Source: Gemmatimonadota bacterium (GTDB taxonomy: Bacteria; Gemmatimonadota; Gemmatimonadetes; Longimicrobiales; Gaopeijiaceae). From it: DNA of 64,000 nt. A program made the translations under genes and the position numbers. Every line of letters begins with the position of its first letter. Position 1 is the stretch's first letter. The notes beneath the pieces are model-generated. The model was given only the letters and a program-made list of their open reading frames with translations, was not told where the DNA came from and searched no databases. Shown here piece after piece: positions 17,913 to 26,085 of this stretch. Location of the stretch: the NCBI GenBank assembly GCA_009692205.1, contig SHZR01000004.1, forward strand, positions 48,635 to 112,634, read 5' to 3'.

Positions 17913-18539
17913 TCACGGCCACCACGACACGCCGACGTTGAAGCGCGTGGACTGCGCGTCGAGGTCCGCGTTGTTGGACGTGACAGTCCCCACCTTGATG
18001 TCGGTGAAGCGACCACCGCTCAGCGCGAGCTGGAGGTCCGCCGCGAGCGTCTCGTTGAAGTAGAACAAGATGCCGCCGCCGAGTGTGATTGCCGTGCCGG
18101 AGAGGGTGATGTCCTCCGATTGAGTGTCCTGGTGGACCCTGCCGTTCGTCACGCTCACGTCTCGGCCGGTGAACGCCGCCTGGACGTACGGGACCCAGGT
18201 GCGCAGTGAATTAGCGAAATGGTAACGCACGCCGAGGTCGCCATGGACCATCGTCCAGTCTCCTTCGACTGCGGCGTTGGCGACGTCGAACTGGCCGCCG
18301 TCGAATTGCAGGAAGAGCTCGAAGTTCCGATTGAAGCCGTACCCGAGGATGATGCCGAGGCCGCCGGTGTTGCTGCGGTCGCCGTCCTGGGGAGTGAGCG
18401 ACTGTCCGGAGATATGGGCCCCCACGTTGAAGCCGCGCGTGGTCGACTCCTGCGCCTGGAGGGGCGGGGAGGCAGCCAGGGCTGCGAGGAGCACGAGGGC
18501 GGGCGAAAGAGCGAGCGAGGAGCGCATGGAGGAGCGCAT
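17913..18539 (-). CDS. Outer-membrane beta-barrel (OmpA-N/porin-family) protein
   Basis: Signal peptide MRSSMRSSLALSPALVLLAALAASPPLQAQ. Alternating-hydrophobic strands end in ...RFNVGVSWWP (aromatic C-terminus). The ORF-track start at 18554 is a TTG. ATGs at 18539 and 18527 lie in a 12-nt duplication. Confidence 0.75.
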   Translation of the reverse strand: MRSSMRSSLALSPALVLLAALAASPPLQAQESTTRGFNVGAHISGQSLTPQDGDRSNTGGLGIILGYGFNRNFELFLQFDGGQFDVANAAVEGDWTMVHGDLGVRYHFANSLRTWVPYVQAAFTGRDVSVTNGRVHQDTQSEDITLSGTAITLGGGILFYFNETLAADLQLALSGGRFTDIKVGTVTSNNADLDAQSTRFNVGVSWWP

Positions 18540-18540
18540 G
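18517..18540. repeat. Perfect 12-nt tandem duplication (GAGGAGCGCATG x2)
   Basis: Positions 18517-18528 equal 18529-18540. On the minus strand this duplicates ATG-CGC-TCC-TC(C/G), giving MRSS-MRSS at the N-terminus of the OMP gene. Confidence 0.95.
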
Positions 18541-18636
18541 AGTGACTCGGTCAATTGGGTTCGATGTAGCGGTCCGCCGCCGTCGCGGCGACCGCCGCAA
18601 GATGGATCGGCGACGGACCGGAGTCCACGGATCTAG

Positions 18637-19734
18637 CTAGAGAACGATGCCCAGGATCACGATATCGTCCACCGGGTCGACGAGGTCTTCGAGGAAGTCG
18701 AACACGTCTTCCACGACGTCGACGATGTGGCGGAGGACGACTGTCTGGCGGGTGGTGAGGGGCTCGCCGGTGGCCGAAAGGATCGTGGGGTTGCTCGCGC
18801 TTCCCGAGATCGTGGCGAACAGGTTGTCGTTCACGAAGACCGACCCCTGGATCTGACCGGCGGCCCCGCTGACCTCGAGCCGCACGGAGTGGCTGCCGTG
18901 ATGCACGATGAGGTCGACGTCTCCCTCGCCCTCGACGCCCTCCTCGATCCCGCTCACGGTTCCGCTGATGCTGAAACTGCGTGCATCCACGCTCAACTCG
19001 AACGTGACGTCTAGGGTGGACTGATTGAGGAGGTGCGTGCCTACGGCCTCGACGTGGAAGTCCAGCCGGAGCCCGTTCTCACCTTGGAGGAAACCTTCGA
19101 CGGTGAGCGTGCCCCGGGTCAGCGTCAGGTCGAGGGTGGTCGCGTAGTCGAGCACCGTGACGTTGTTCGCCACCACGACCAGGCGAAGCGCCACGTCTTC
19201 GGCACTCGTGTCGCCCTCGTCGATCAGGTCCGCGTAGCCGATCTCCTCGGCGAGGATCGGCTTGCCGGCGAGGTCGACCTCGTAGAGGACGAACCGCACG
19301 CCCGTTGCCGGCGCACCGGTCCGAAGGGCATCCACGACGTATTCGTCGAGCGTGGCATCGTACACGAACGTCTTGCCGCGATGCGTCCCCGAGATGATCG
19401 GGGCGAGGGCGGGTGTGCCGCTGGAGACGACGGCCTCGCGCATGTGGTTGGCGAGGGCGAGCGCGAAGCCCCGACCGGAGCGCCCGTTTGCCGACAGCCC
19501 CAAGCTCGCGACCGCCTCGATGCCTGCGGGGGAGGCGCCGAAGGGAGTGCGGGCGCCGAGTGCTGCGAAGCCCGCCTAGCCGGCGGACGCGAAGAGCGTG
19601 TCGACGACCTCGTAGTCGGCGGCGGCCGCATCGAAGTCGAGCCCGAAGTCGGGCGCGGTGGTGGACTCGCACGCGGACGCGAAGCCAGCGAGGGCCGCGA
19701 GCGTGCAGAGGCGGATCATCCGTGGGGTCGGCAT
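18637..19734 (-). pseudogene. Lipoprotein gene interrupted by a single in-frame TAG (19576-19578)
   Basis: ORFs 19576-20037 and 18637-19503 are in the same frame (19575-19503=72). The ATG at 19734 follows GGGAGAA and encodes MPTPRMIRLCTLAALAGFASAC (lipobox). GC3-rich coding signal continues through the 24 codons between the TAG and the next ATG. Confidence 0.6.
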
Positions 19735-19884
19735 CGAGCAGTTCTCCCTGCCTCGGGGTTCTTGGAAGGTCGGTGTTCCGAGGGTGTGTGACCTAGGCGG
19801 GGGCGCCGTATGACAGGGGCGCTCGCCTGGTGCCGACCCGTCGTCTATAGTTGGCGCTTCACCCCGGCCCACACGAGCACGGCG

Positions 19885-21194
19885 ATGGAGGCGCCCCTGC
19901 CAACTTCTGCGCTTCGTCGCGTTCCCGCGCTGGCCGTGATCGCGTTTCTCATCGCGTCGCAGGCGGCCTCCCAACAGCTGGAGGTCCTGTCGCCGCAGGT
20001 GCGCGCGTTCGTGGCCCTCGAGTCCTCGCGCGTGCACATCCGTGGCGTGCGCCTGATCGACGGGACGGGTGCTCCGGCGCGGGCCTCACGCTCATCCCCG
20101 GGCTCGTGATGCTGCACGAGCACCTGTTCTATCCGTCGGGCGATCTCCGCTACAACACCAATGAGGTGTCGTTCCCGCCGCTCTACCTCGCCGGCGGCGT
20201 CACGACGATGCGGACCGGGGGGAGCGTGGACACCTACACGGACCTCCGCGTCCGCCAGGACGTGGAGGAGGGTCGCATTCCTGGGCCGCACATGGACGTG
20301 ACCGGTCCGTACCTCGAGGGCCCGAACGGCTTCGTCCGAGCGATGCCGCAGCTCGCGACGCCCGAACAGGCGCGCGCCTTCGTCAATTTCTGGGCAGATC
20401 AGGGCGTCACGTCCTTCAAGGCCTACAACCTGATCAGCCGCGCGACGCTCGGTGCCGCGATCGAAGCCGCGCATGCGCGCGGCCTCGAGGTCACGGGCCA
20501 CCTCTGCTCGATCACGTACCGCGAGGCCGCGGACCTCGGCATCGACAACCTCGAGCACGGCTTCTTCGCTGCGACAGACTGGGTGCTCGGCAAGCGCCCC
20601 GACGAGTGTCCTGAAGGTGCGGACCTGCGCTACCTCGACATCGATCTCGAGAGCGCGGAGTTCACCGACGTGGTTGATCACCTCATCGCGCGCGGCGTCG
20701 CGCTCACGTCCACGTTGACCGTGGTGGAGCGACGGGCACCGAACCGTCCGGCGCCTCCGGCCGGCGCGCAGCGCGCGATGCTCCCGCAGCTCCGCGATCA
20801 GGTCATGGCTTCACTGCTCGTCTGGGCGGGCGGCCTCCGCACGATCGACGCGACGCTCGACAACCAGGGAAGCCTGACCGTCGCGCCGGGCGCTGCGCAT
20901 TCCCTCCAGATTACGGGCAGCCTGGTCACCAACGGTGTCGTCAACCTCGAGATCGGCGGCCTTACGGCCGGCACGCTCTATGACCGGCTCGCCGTGACCG
21001 GCGCGGTCACGCTCGGCGGAACCCTCAACATCGGCCTGATCAACGCCTTCGTACCGACCATCGGCGACGCCTTCACCGTAATGACGTACGCGTCGCGTTC
21101 CGGCTCGTTCACGACGCCCAACCTGCCGGTGATACCCATCGGGACCTGGGGCGTCGGAACCGGCCCGACGACGTTGGTGCTCTCCGTCAACTGA
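19885..21194 (+). pseudogene. Degraded/chimeric amidohydrolase: frameshifting internal deletion plus a foreign beta-strand-repeat C-terminal tail
   Basis: Frame 1 (ATG 19885) reads MEAPLPTSALRRVPALAVIAFLIASQAASQ...IRGVRLIDGTGAPAR, then stops at 20107-20109. Frame 3 continues GLTLIPGLVMLHEHLFYP... (metal HxH motif). About 35-40 residues normally found between these two motifs are missing. After about 20815 the sequence changes to GSLTVAPGAAHSLQITGSLVTNGVVNLEIGG...GDAFTVMTYASRSGSF, an adhesin/autotransporter-passenger style. Confidence 0.55.
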
Positions 21195-21196
21195 CG

Positions 21197-21730
21197 ATGA
21201 CCGGCAGCATCCTGCTCGCCCCCGGCGACATCGTCCTGATGAAGAGCGGCGGCCTCGTCGGCTGGGCCATCCGTGTGTTCACGCGCAGCATCGGCGAGCG
21301 CCGCACGAAGGCGACGCACAGTGGCGTCATCGTCGAGGCGCTCGCGACGGTGAAGCGCCACAGCCTGTGGACTCGGTACGCGGGCGCCCACAAGGAGGTC
21401 GCGGTGTTCCGTCCGCTCAACCTCGCCGCCGCCGACCTGGCCAAGGTCGTCGCCAAGGCCGAGACATACGTCGGCCGCCGCTATGGCTACCTCAAGCTGC
21501 TCGCGCACTGGGCCGACTGGGTGCTCCAGGGCGCGTACGTGTTCCGCCGGCTCACCAACCAGGATCGCTACCCGATCTGCTCGTGGGTGGTAGCCTACGC
21601 CTATGCGGAGGCCGGCAAGCACTTCGGGGTCGAGCCCGGGGCCGCCACGCCGGACGACATCTGGGACTTCGTGACCGAGAACTCCGACGTCTACCGTGAG
21701 GTCGTGGCGCTGGGACGGCTGTCTGCGTAA
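21197..21730 (+). CDS. Permuted papain-like (NlpC/P60 superfamily) YaeF/YiiX-family amidase/peptidase
   Basis: PGDIVLMKSGGLVGWAIRVFTRS...ATHSGVIVE (His) is followed by RRYGYLKL and PICSWVVAYAYAEAGKHFG (Cys). The order and spacing are as in E. coli YaeF. The gene starts 2 nt after the upstream stop. Confidence 0.7.
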   Translation: MTGSILLAPGDIVLMKSGGLVGWAIRVFTRSIGERRTKATHSGVIVEALATVKRHSLWTRYAGAHKEVAVFRPLNLAAADLAKVVAKAETYVGRRYGYLKLLAHWADWVLQGAYVFRRLTNQDRYPICSWVVAYAYAEAGKHFGVEPGAATPDDIWDFVTENSDVYREVVALGRLSA

Positions 21731-21787
21731 CGTGCGCCTCGCTCGACCCTCCCGACGATCGATCCAACAACCCAGGACCGAGACCCC

Positions 21788-21991
21788 ATGGCAACGGCAA
21801 CGCCGACCTACACCTGCCAAGTATGCGGCATGAGCGTGAACATGACGTGCGCGAAGTGCGACGCCGAGTTGGTGCATGACTCCATCACCAAGGACGACGG
21901 CACCAAGGTCGCAGTGTCGAAGTGCCCGAAGGGCCACGGCAAGATCAAGTCGCCGATGTGCTGCGCGCGGGACATGACGTGTAGCGTGTAA
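21788..21991 (+). CDS. Small cysteine-rich protein (67 aa, 8 Cys; CxxC-x7-CxxC zinc-ribbon/rubredoxin-like knuckles)
   Basis: MATATPTYTCQVCGMSVNMTCAKCDAELVHDSITKDDGTKVAVSKCPKGHGKIKSPMCCARDMTCSV. Third codon positions are strongly GC-rich. It ends 20 nt before the symporter gene. No clear Shine-Dalgarno motif. Confidence 0.6.
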   Translation: MATATPTYTCQVCGMSVNMTCAKCDAELVHDSITKDDGTKVAVSKCPKGHGKIKSPMCCARDMTCSV

Positions 21992-22011
21992 GGACACCCG
22001 CGGGCACGAGC

Positions 22012-23490
22012 GTGACGGCGCTCTCCGCTCTCGACCTCACCCTGATCGCGGTCTACGTGGTCGGGGTGACCCTGTGGGGCACCTGGCTGGGCCGGCGCCA
22101 GAAGGACTCGAGGGACTACTTCCTGGCGGACCGCGCCATGCCGTGGTGGGCGGTGTGCTTCTCGATCATCGCCACCGAGACGAGCGTGCTGACGTTCATC
22201 AGCGTGCCGGGCACGGCCTACACGGGCGATCTCTGGATGGTGCAGCTGACCGCTGGTTACCTGCTCGGGCGGATCGCCGTCGCGGCGGTTCTGCTGCCCG
22301 GCTACTTCCGGGGCGAGCTCGCGACGGCCTATCAGCTCCTCGAGAAGCGCTTCGGCGTGCTGGCCCGGCGGTTCGCCTCGATGATCTTCCTGGTGACGCG
22401 CTCGCTCGCGTCGAGCATTCGGCTCTTCGCGATCGCCATCCCGATTCACCTGATCATCGGGATCCCGTACTGGCAGGCGATCGTGATCACGGGCTCGTGC
22501 ACGCTGATCTACACGTACTTCGGCGGTCTCCGCGCCGTCGTGTATGTGGACGTGCTCCAGATGTTCATCTACCTGTCGGGCGCGATCGCGGCGCTGATCG
22601 TCCTGCTCCAGGTCATCCCGGGCGGCTGGTCGGGCGTCGTCGCCGCGGCGGAGCCGCTCGACAAGCTGCGGGTGATCCACCTGGGGGGAGGCTTCCGGGA
22701 CGCGCCCTGGATCCTGACCGGCCTCATCGGCGGCGCGTTCCTGGCGATGGCCTCGCACGGCGTGGATCACCTGATCGTGCAGCGCATGCTTGCGTCGCCG
22801 AACCTGCGTGAGGCTCGCAAGGCGCTCATCGGCAGCGGGATCTTCATCATGGCGCAGTTCACGCTCTTCCTGGTCCTCGGCGTAGCGCTGTACGCGTACT
22901 ACCAGGGGCGCGCGTTCGCGACCCCCGATGAGATCTTTCCGACGTTCATCCTCGAGGGCATGCCGGCGGGCGTCAGGGGCCTCGTCATCGCCGGCATCAT
23001 GTCCGTGGCGATGTCATCCGAGGCCTCGGCGATCAACTCGCTCGCCTCCGCACTCACGCTCGACCTCTACGGGCCGCTCTCCGGGCGGTCGGGCGAGGCG
23101 GACCACATGTTCCGGATGGGGAGGCTCTTCACCCTCTTCTTCGGCGTCGTGCTGATCGTGGGCGCGATCGCATTCCAGTTCATCCAGCAGGGAACGCCGG
23201 TCGTGCTGATCGCGCTCAACATCGCCTCGTTCACCTACGGGGGGCTGCTGGGTGGGTTCCTGCTGGGAGTGATCTCACGCAAGGCCGACCAGAAGGACGC
23301 AATCATCGCGATGGCCACGGCGATCGTGGTCATGACGGGTCTCTGGGCCTCTCAGACGTTCGGCGTCACGCCGCGTCTCGTGGACGGGCTGTGGTTCTCG
23401 CTCATCGGCTCCGCGATCACCGTCGGCGTCGGCATGGCCAGCGCGTCAATCCGCGGATCAGACGCTCAGAAGCTGAGAACCACCTCGTAG
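22012..23490 (+). CDS. Sodium:solute symporter (SSS) family transporter
   Basis: GTG start. DYFLADRAMPWWAVCFSIIATETSVLTFISVPG is the SSF N-terminal signature. About 13 hydrophobic segments. Confidence 0.85.
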   Translation: MTALSALDLTLIAVYVVGVTLWGTWLGRRQKDSRDYFLADRAMPWWAVCFSIIATETSVLTFISVPGTAYTGDLWMVQLTAGYLLGRIAVAAVLLPGYFRGELATAYQLLEKRFGVLARRFASMIFLVTRSLASSIRLFAIAIPIHLIIGIPYWQAIVITGSCTLIYTYFGGLRAVVYVDVLQMFIYLSGAIAALIVLLQVIPGGWSGVVAAAEPLDKLRVIHLGGGFRDAPWILTGLIGGAFLAMASHGVDHLIVQRMLASPNLREARKALIGSGIFIMAQFTLFLVLGVALYAYYQGRAFATPDEIFPTFILEGMPAGVRGLVIAGIMSVAMSSEASAINSLASALTLDLYGPLSGRSGEADHMFRMGRLFTLFFGVVLIVGAIAFQFIQQGTPVVLIALNIASFTYGGLLGGFLLGVISRKADQKDAIIAMATAIVVMTGLWASQTFGVTPRLVDGLWFSLIGSAITVGVGMASASIRGSDAQKLRTTS

Positions 23491-24236
23491 GCAGTCCTGA
23501 CGACCTGGCCCGCGGCGTCCGTCCCCGGGTGGAATTGCCATGCCAGGACCGTGCGGCGGATGTCGTCGTCGAAGTCGTCGTCGCCCGTCTCGGAGATCAG
23601 CTCGACGTCACTCACGACTCCCGTGCTCTCCACGACGAGCCGCACCGCCACGCTCTTGCCGTGCATCGACCTCGGGGCGCGGGGCAGCCGGAGCATCCGC
23701 AGTCTAGGCGGGCGTCCGGCGACCTCGCCTCCTCCCTGGCCGGGTCCGCGGCCCGAGCCGCTTCCCGGGCCGATGCCATCCCCGGTCCCTCCACCCGAGC
23801 CCGTGCCCGCTCCCGGACCGGCTCCGGTCCCGGTCCCGGCTCCGACGCCACTCGCGCCCGCCCCAGCGGCGACGTCGTACGCGGGCCGCGCGAGCGCGGA
23901 GGTGGGCACCGAGTCGGGCGTCACCATCACTTCGGGCTCCACGATGGGCGTCGGCACCACGAGCTCGACCTGGACCTCGATGACCGCAGGCACTTCCGGC
24001 TCCGGCGGAGGCGGTGGTGGAGCGGAGCGGGGCAGGTAGACCAAGTGCATCTCCCCGCCGCCTCCCCCGCCAGCGCCAAGGCCAATGCCCCCCCCAGGTA
24101 CGGCCGCAGGGCCGCGCCCGGTGAGGAGGATGAGCAACGCCAACCCGAGCCCGTGCAGAAGCAGCGAAAGCGCAGCAAAGCCCGCTCTCCGGTCCGGAGC
24201 CGGCTGGACTTTACCTGTGAAGATCGGTGCGGCCAT
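23466..24236 (-). CDS. TonB-family energy transducer
   Basis: N-terminal TM anchor (FAALSLLLHGLGLALLILL), a Pro-rich spacer (PPPPPPPEPEVP), a Gly-rich tract and a C-terminal TonB domain (GKSVAVRLVVESTGVVSDVELISETGDDDFDDDIRRTVLAWQFHPG). The 3' end overlaps the convergent symporter gene by 25 nt. Confidence 0.8.
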   Translation of the reverse strand: MAAPIFTGKVQPAPDRRAGFAALSLLLHGLGLALLILLTGRGPAAVPGGGIGLGAGGGGGGEMHLVYLPRSAPPPPPPEPEVPAVIEVQVELVVPTPIVEPEVMVTPDSVPTSALARPAYDVAAGAGASGVGAGTGTGAGPGAGTGSGGGTGDGIGPGSGSGRGPGQGGGEVAGRPPRLRMLRLPRAPRSMHGKSVAVRLVVESTGVVSDVELISETGDDDFDDDIRRTVLAWQFHPGTDAAGQVVRTAYEVVLSF

Positions 24237-24318
24237 GGGTCAGTTTCCCTACACGTCCCTACGGGGGAGGGGTCCTGAATGTTGAACCGCCGTCCCCTCC
24301 TGGCGTATCCTTCCGCCC

Positions 24319-26085
24319 ATGCAACCCATTGATTGGGTCATCGTCGCTGCGTACTTCGGCCTGACGGCCGCGGTGGGCTTCGCGTTCACGCGAAAGGGCG
24401 GCGAGAGCCTCAGCGAATACTTCCTCTCGGGGCGCAAGGCGAGCTGGTGGCTCGCCGGCACGTCGATGGTGGCCACGACCTTCGCTGCGGATACGCCGCT
24501 CGTAGTTGCCGGGCTGGTGGCGGCCAACGGAGTCGCCGGGAATTGGCTGTGGTGGAATTTCGTGATGAGCGGGATGCTCACGGTGTTCCTCTTCGCGCGA
24601 CTCTGGCGCCGCGCGAACGTCATGACGGACGTCGAGTTTGCGGAGATCCGCTACGCCGGCAAGCCTGCGGCCTTCCTGCGGGGCTTCCGTGCGCTCTACC
24701 TCGCGATCCCGATCAACCTGATCATCCTCGGGTGGGTGACCCGCGCGATGATCAAGATCCTGGGGATCTCCATCGGTGTCTCGCCGGTGCTCGCGGTCGG
24801 CATCTGTTTCGTCATCACGATGGCGTACGCGGTTGCGGGGGGTATGTGGGCGGTCCTGTGGACGGACCTCATGCAGTTCGTCCTCAAGATGACCGCGGTG
24901 ATCGTGCTCGCGGTGTACGCAGTCGATGCGGTCGGCGGGATGGATGCCCTCAAGGCGGGGGTTACGGCGCACTTCGGTAGCGAGGCGGCCGCGCTCTCCG
25001 TCATGCCGGTCTCGATCAGCGACGGCATCCACGCGTACGCCTGGATGCCGCTCCTCACGCTCACGGTCTTCCTCTCGGTGCAATGGTGGGCCGCCTGGTA
25101 TCCGGGCGCGGAGCCTGGCGGCGGCGGGTACATCGCGCAACGCATCTTCTCCGCGCGGACCGAGCGCGATGGCGTGCTCGCTACGCTCTTCTTCCAGGTC
25201 ATGCACTACGCCATCCGTCCATGGCCCTGGATCGTGACCGGGCTCGCCGCGCTGCTCCTGTATCCGAACCTCGAAGACCGCGAGGCCGGCTATGTGCACG
25301 CCTTCGTCGACCTGCTTCCCACGCCGTGGCGCGGCGTCATGCTCGCCGGCTTCGCGGCCGCGTACATGTCCACGGTGGCGACCCAGCTCAACTGGGGCGC
25401 GTCCTATCTCGTGAACGACTTCTACAAGCGCTTCATCAGGCGCGACGAGACGGAGAAGCATTACGTGGCGGTCTCACGCGTTGCCACCGTCTTCCTGTTC
25501 CTCGCGTCGACCCTGGTCACCTGGCAGCTCACCTCGATCGAGCAGGCCTGGCGGCTCCTGTTGGCGCTCGGCTCGGGCACGGGCCTCGTGCTGATCCTGC
25601 GCTGGTACTGGTGGAGGATCAACGCATGGTCGGAGATCAGCGCGATGATCACGTCGCTGATCGTGGCCTCCATCGCGACCGCCACGATCCCTGCGCGCTT
25701 CGCCGCGGGCGACCCGAACGCCGACGCCACGATCATGCTGATCACCGTGGGCGTCACGACGGTGGTCTGGCTCGCGGTGACGTTCCTCACCAAGCCAGAG
25801 CCCGACGCCGTGCTCGAGAGCTTCTACCGCCGTGTGCGCCCTGGCGGACCCGGCTGGGCGCGCGTATCTGTGGCCGCGGGCTTCGGCCGGGAAGAGATCC
25901 CGGGCGGGGCGCTCGCGTGGACGAACTGGGTGGCGGGTGTCGTGGCCGTGTACGCCACCCTGTTCGGCATCGGTAAGTGCGTGTTCGGTGAGTGGACGGG
26001 CGGTCTCGTCCTGCTGACGATCGCTGGGCTGTCCTTCGCGTGGATCGCCCGCTCGTTCAATGAGCAAATGGAGATGCCGACATGA
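24319..26085 (+). CDS. Sodium:solute symporter (SSS) family transporter
   Basis: EYFLSGRKASWWLAGTSMVATTFAADTPLVVAG. Polytopic. ATGA overlap with the next gene. Confidence 0.85.
   Translation: MQPIDWVIVAAYFGLTAAVGFAFTRKGGESLSEYFLSGRKASWWLAGTSMVATTFAADTPLVVAGLVAANGVAGNWLWWNFVMSGMLTVFLFARLWRRANVMTDVEFAEIRYAGKPAAFLRGFRALYLAIPINLIILGWVTRAMIKILGISIGVSPVLAVGICFVITMAYAVAGGMWAVLWTDLMQFVLKMTAVIVLAVYAVDAVGGMDALKAGVTAHFGSEAAALSVMPVSISDGIHAYAWMPLLTLTVFLSVQWWAAWYPGAEPGGGGYIAQRIFSARTERDGVLATLFFQVMHYAIRPWPWIVTGLAALLLYPNLEDREAGYVHAFVDLLPTPWRGVMLAGFAAAYMSTVATQLNWGASYLVNDFYKRFIRRDETEKHYVAVSRVATVFLFLASTLVTWQLTSIEQAWRLLLALGSGTGLVLILRWYWWRINAWSEISAMITSLIVASIATATIPARFAAGDPNADATIMLITVGVTTVVWLAVTFLTKPEPDAVLESFYRRVRPGGPGWARVSVAAGFGREEIPGGALAWTNWVAGVVAVYATLFGIGKCVFGEWTGGLVLLTIAGLSFAWIARSFNEQMEMPT

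Noticed and set aside
19576-19578. In-frame TAG as pyrrolysine or programmed recoding
   Set aside because: No pyl genes or recoding signals were recognised in the window. A nonsense mutation or a base-call error is more parsimonious, so it is kept only as a pseudogene/read-through question.
23700-23900. Repetitive Gly/Pro-coding DNA in the TonB-family gene (and the GGN tract at 6017-6070) as a possible CRISPR or minisatellite
   Set aside because: The repeats are short, in-frame and degenerate, and they lie inside ORFs. There is no repeat-spacer periodicity and no cas genes.
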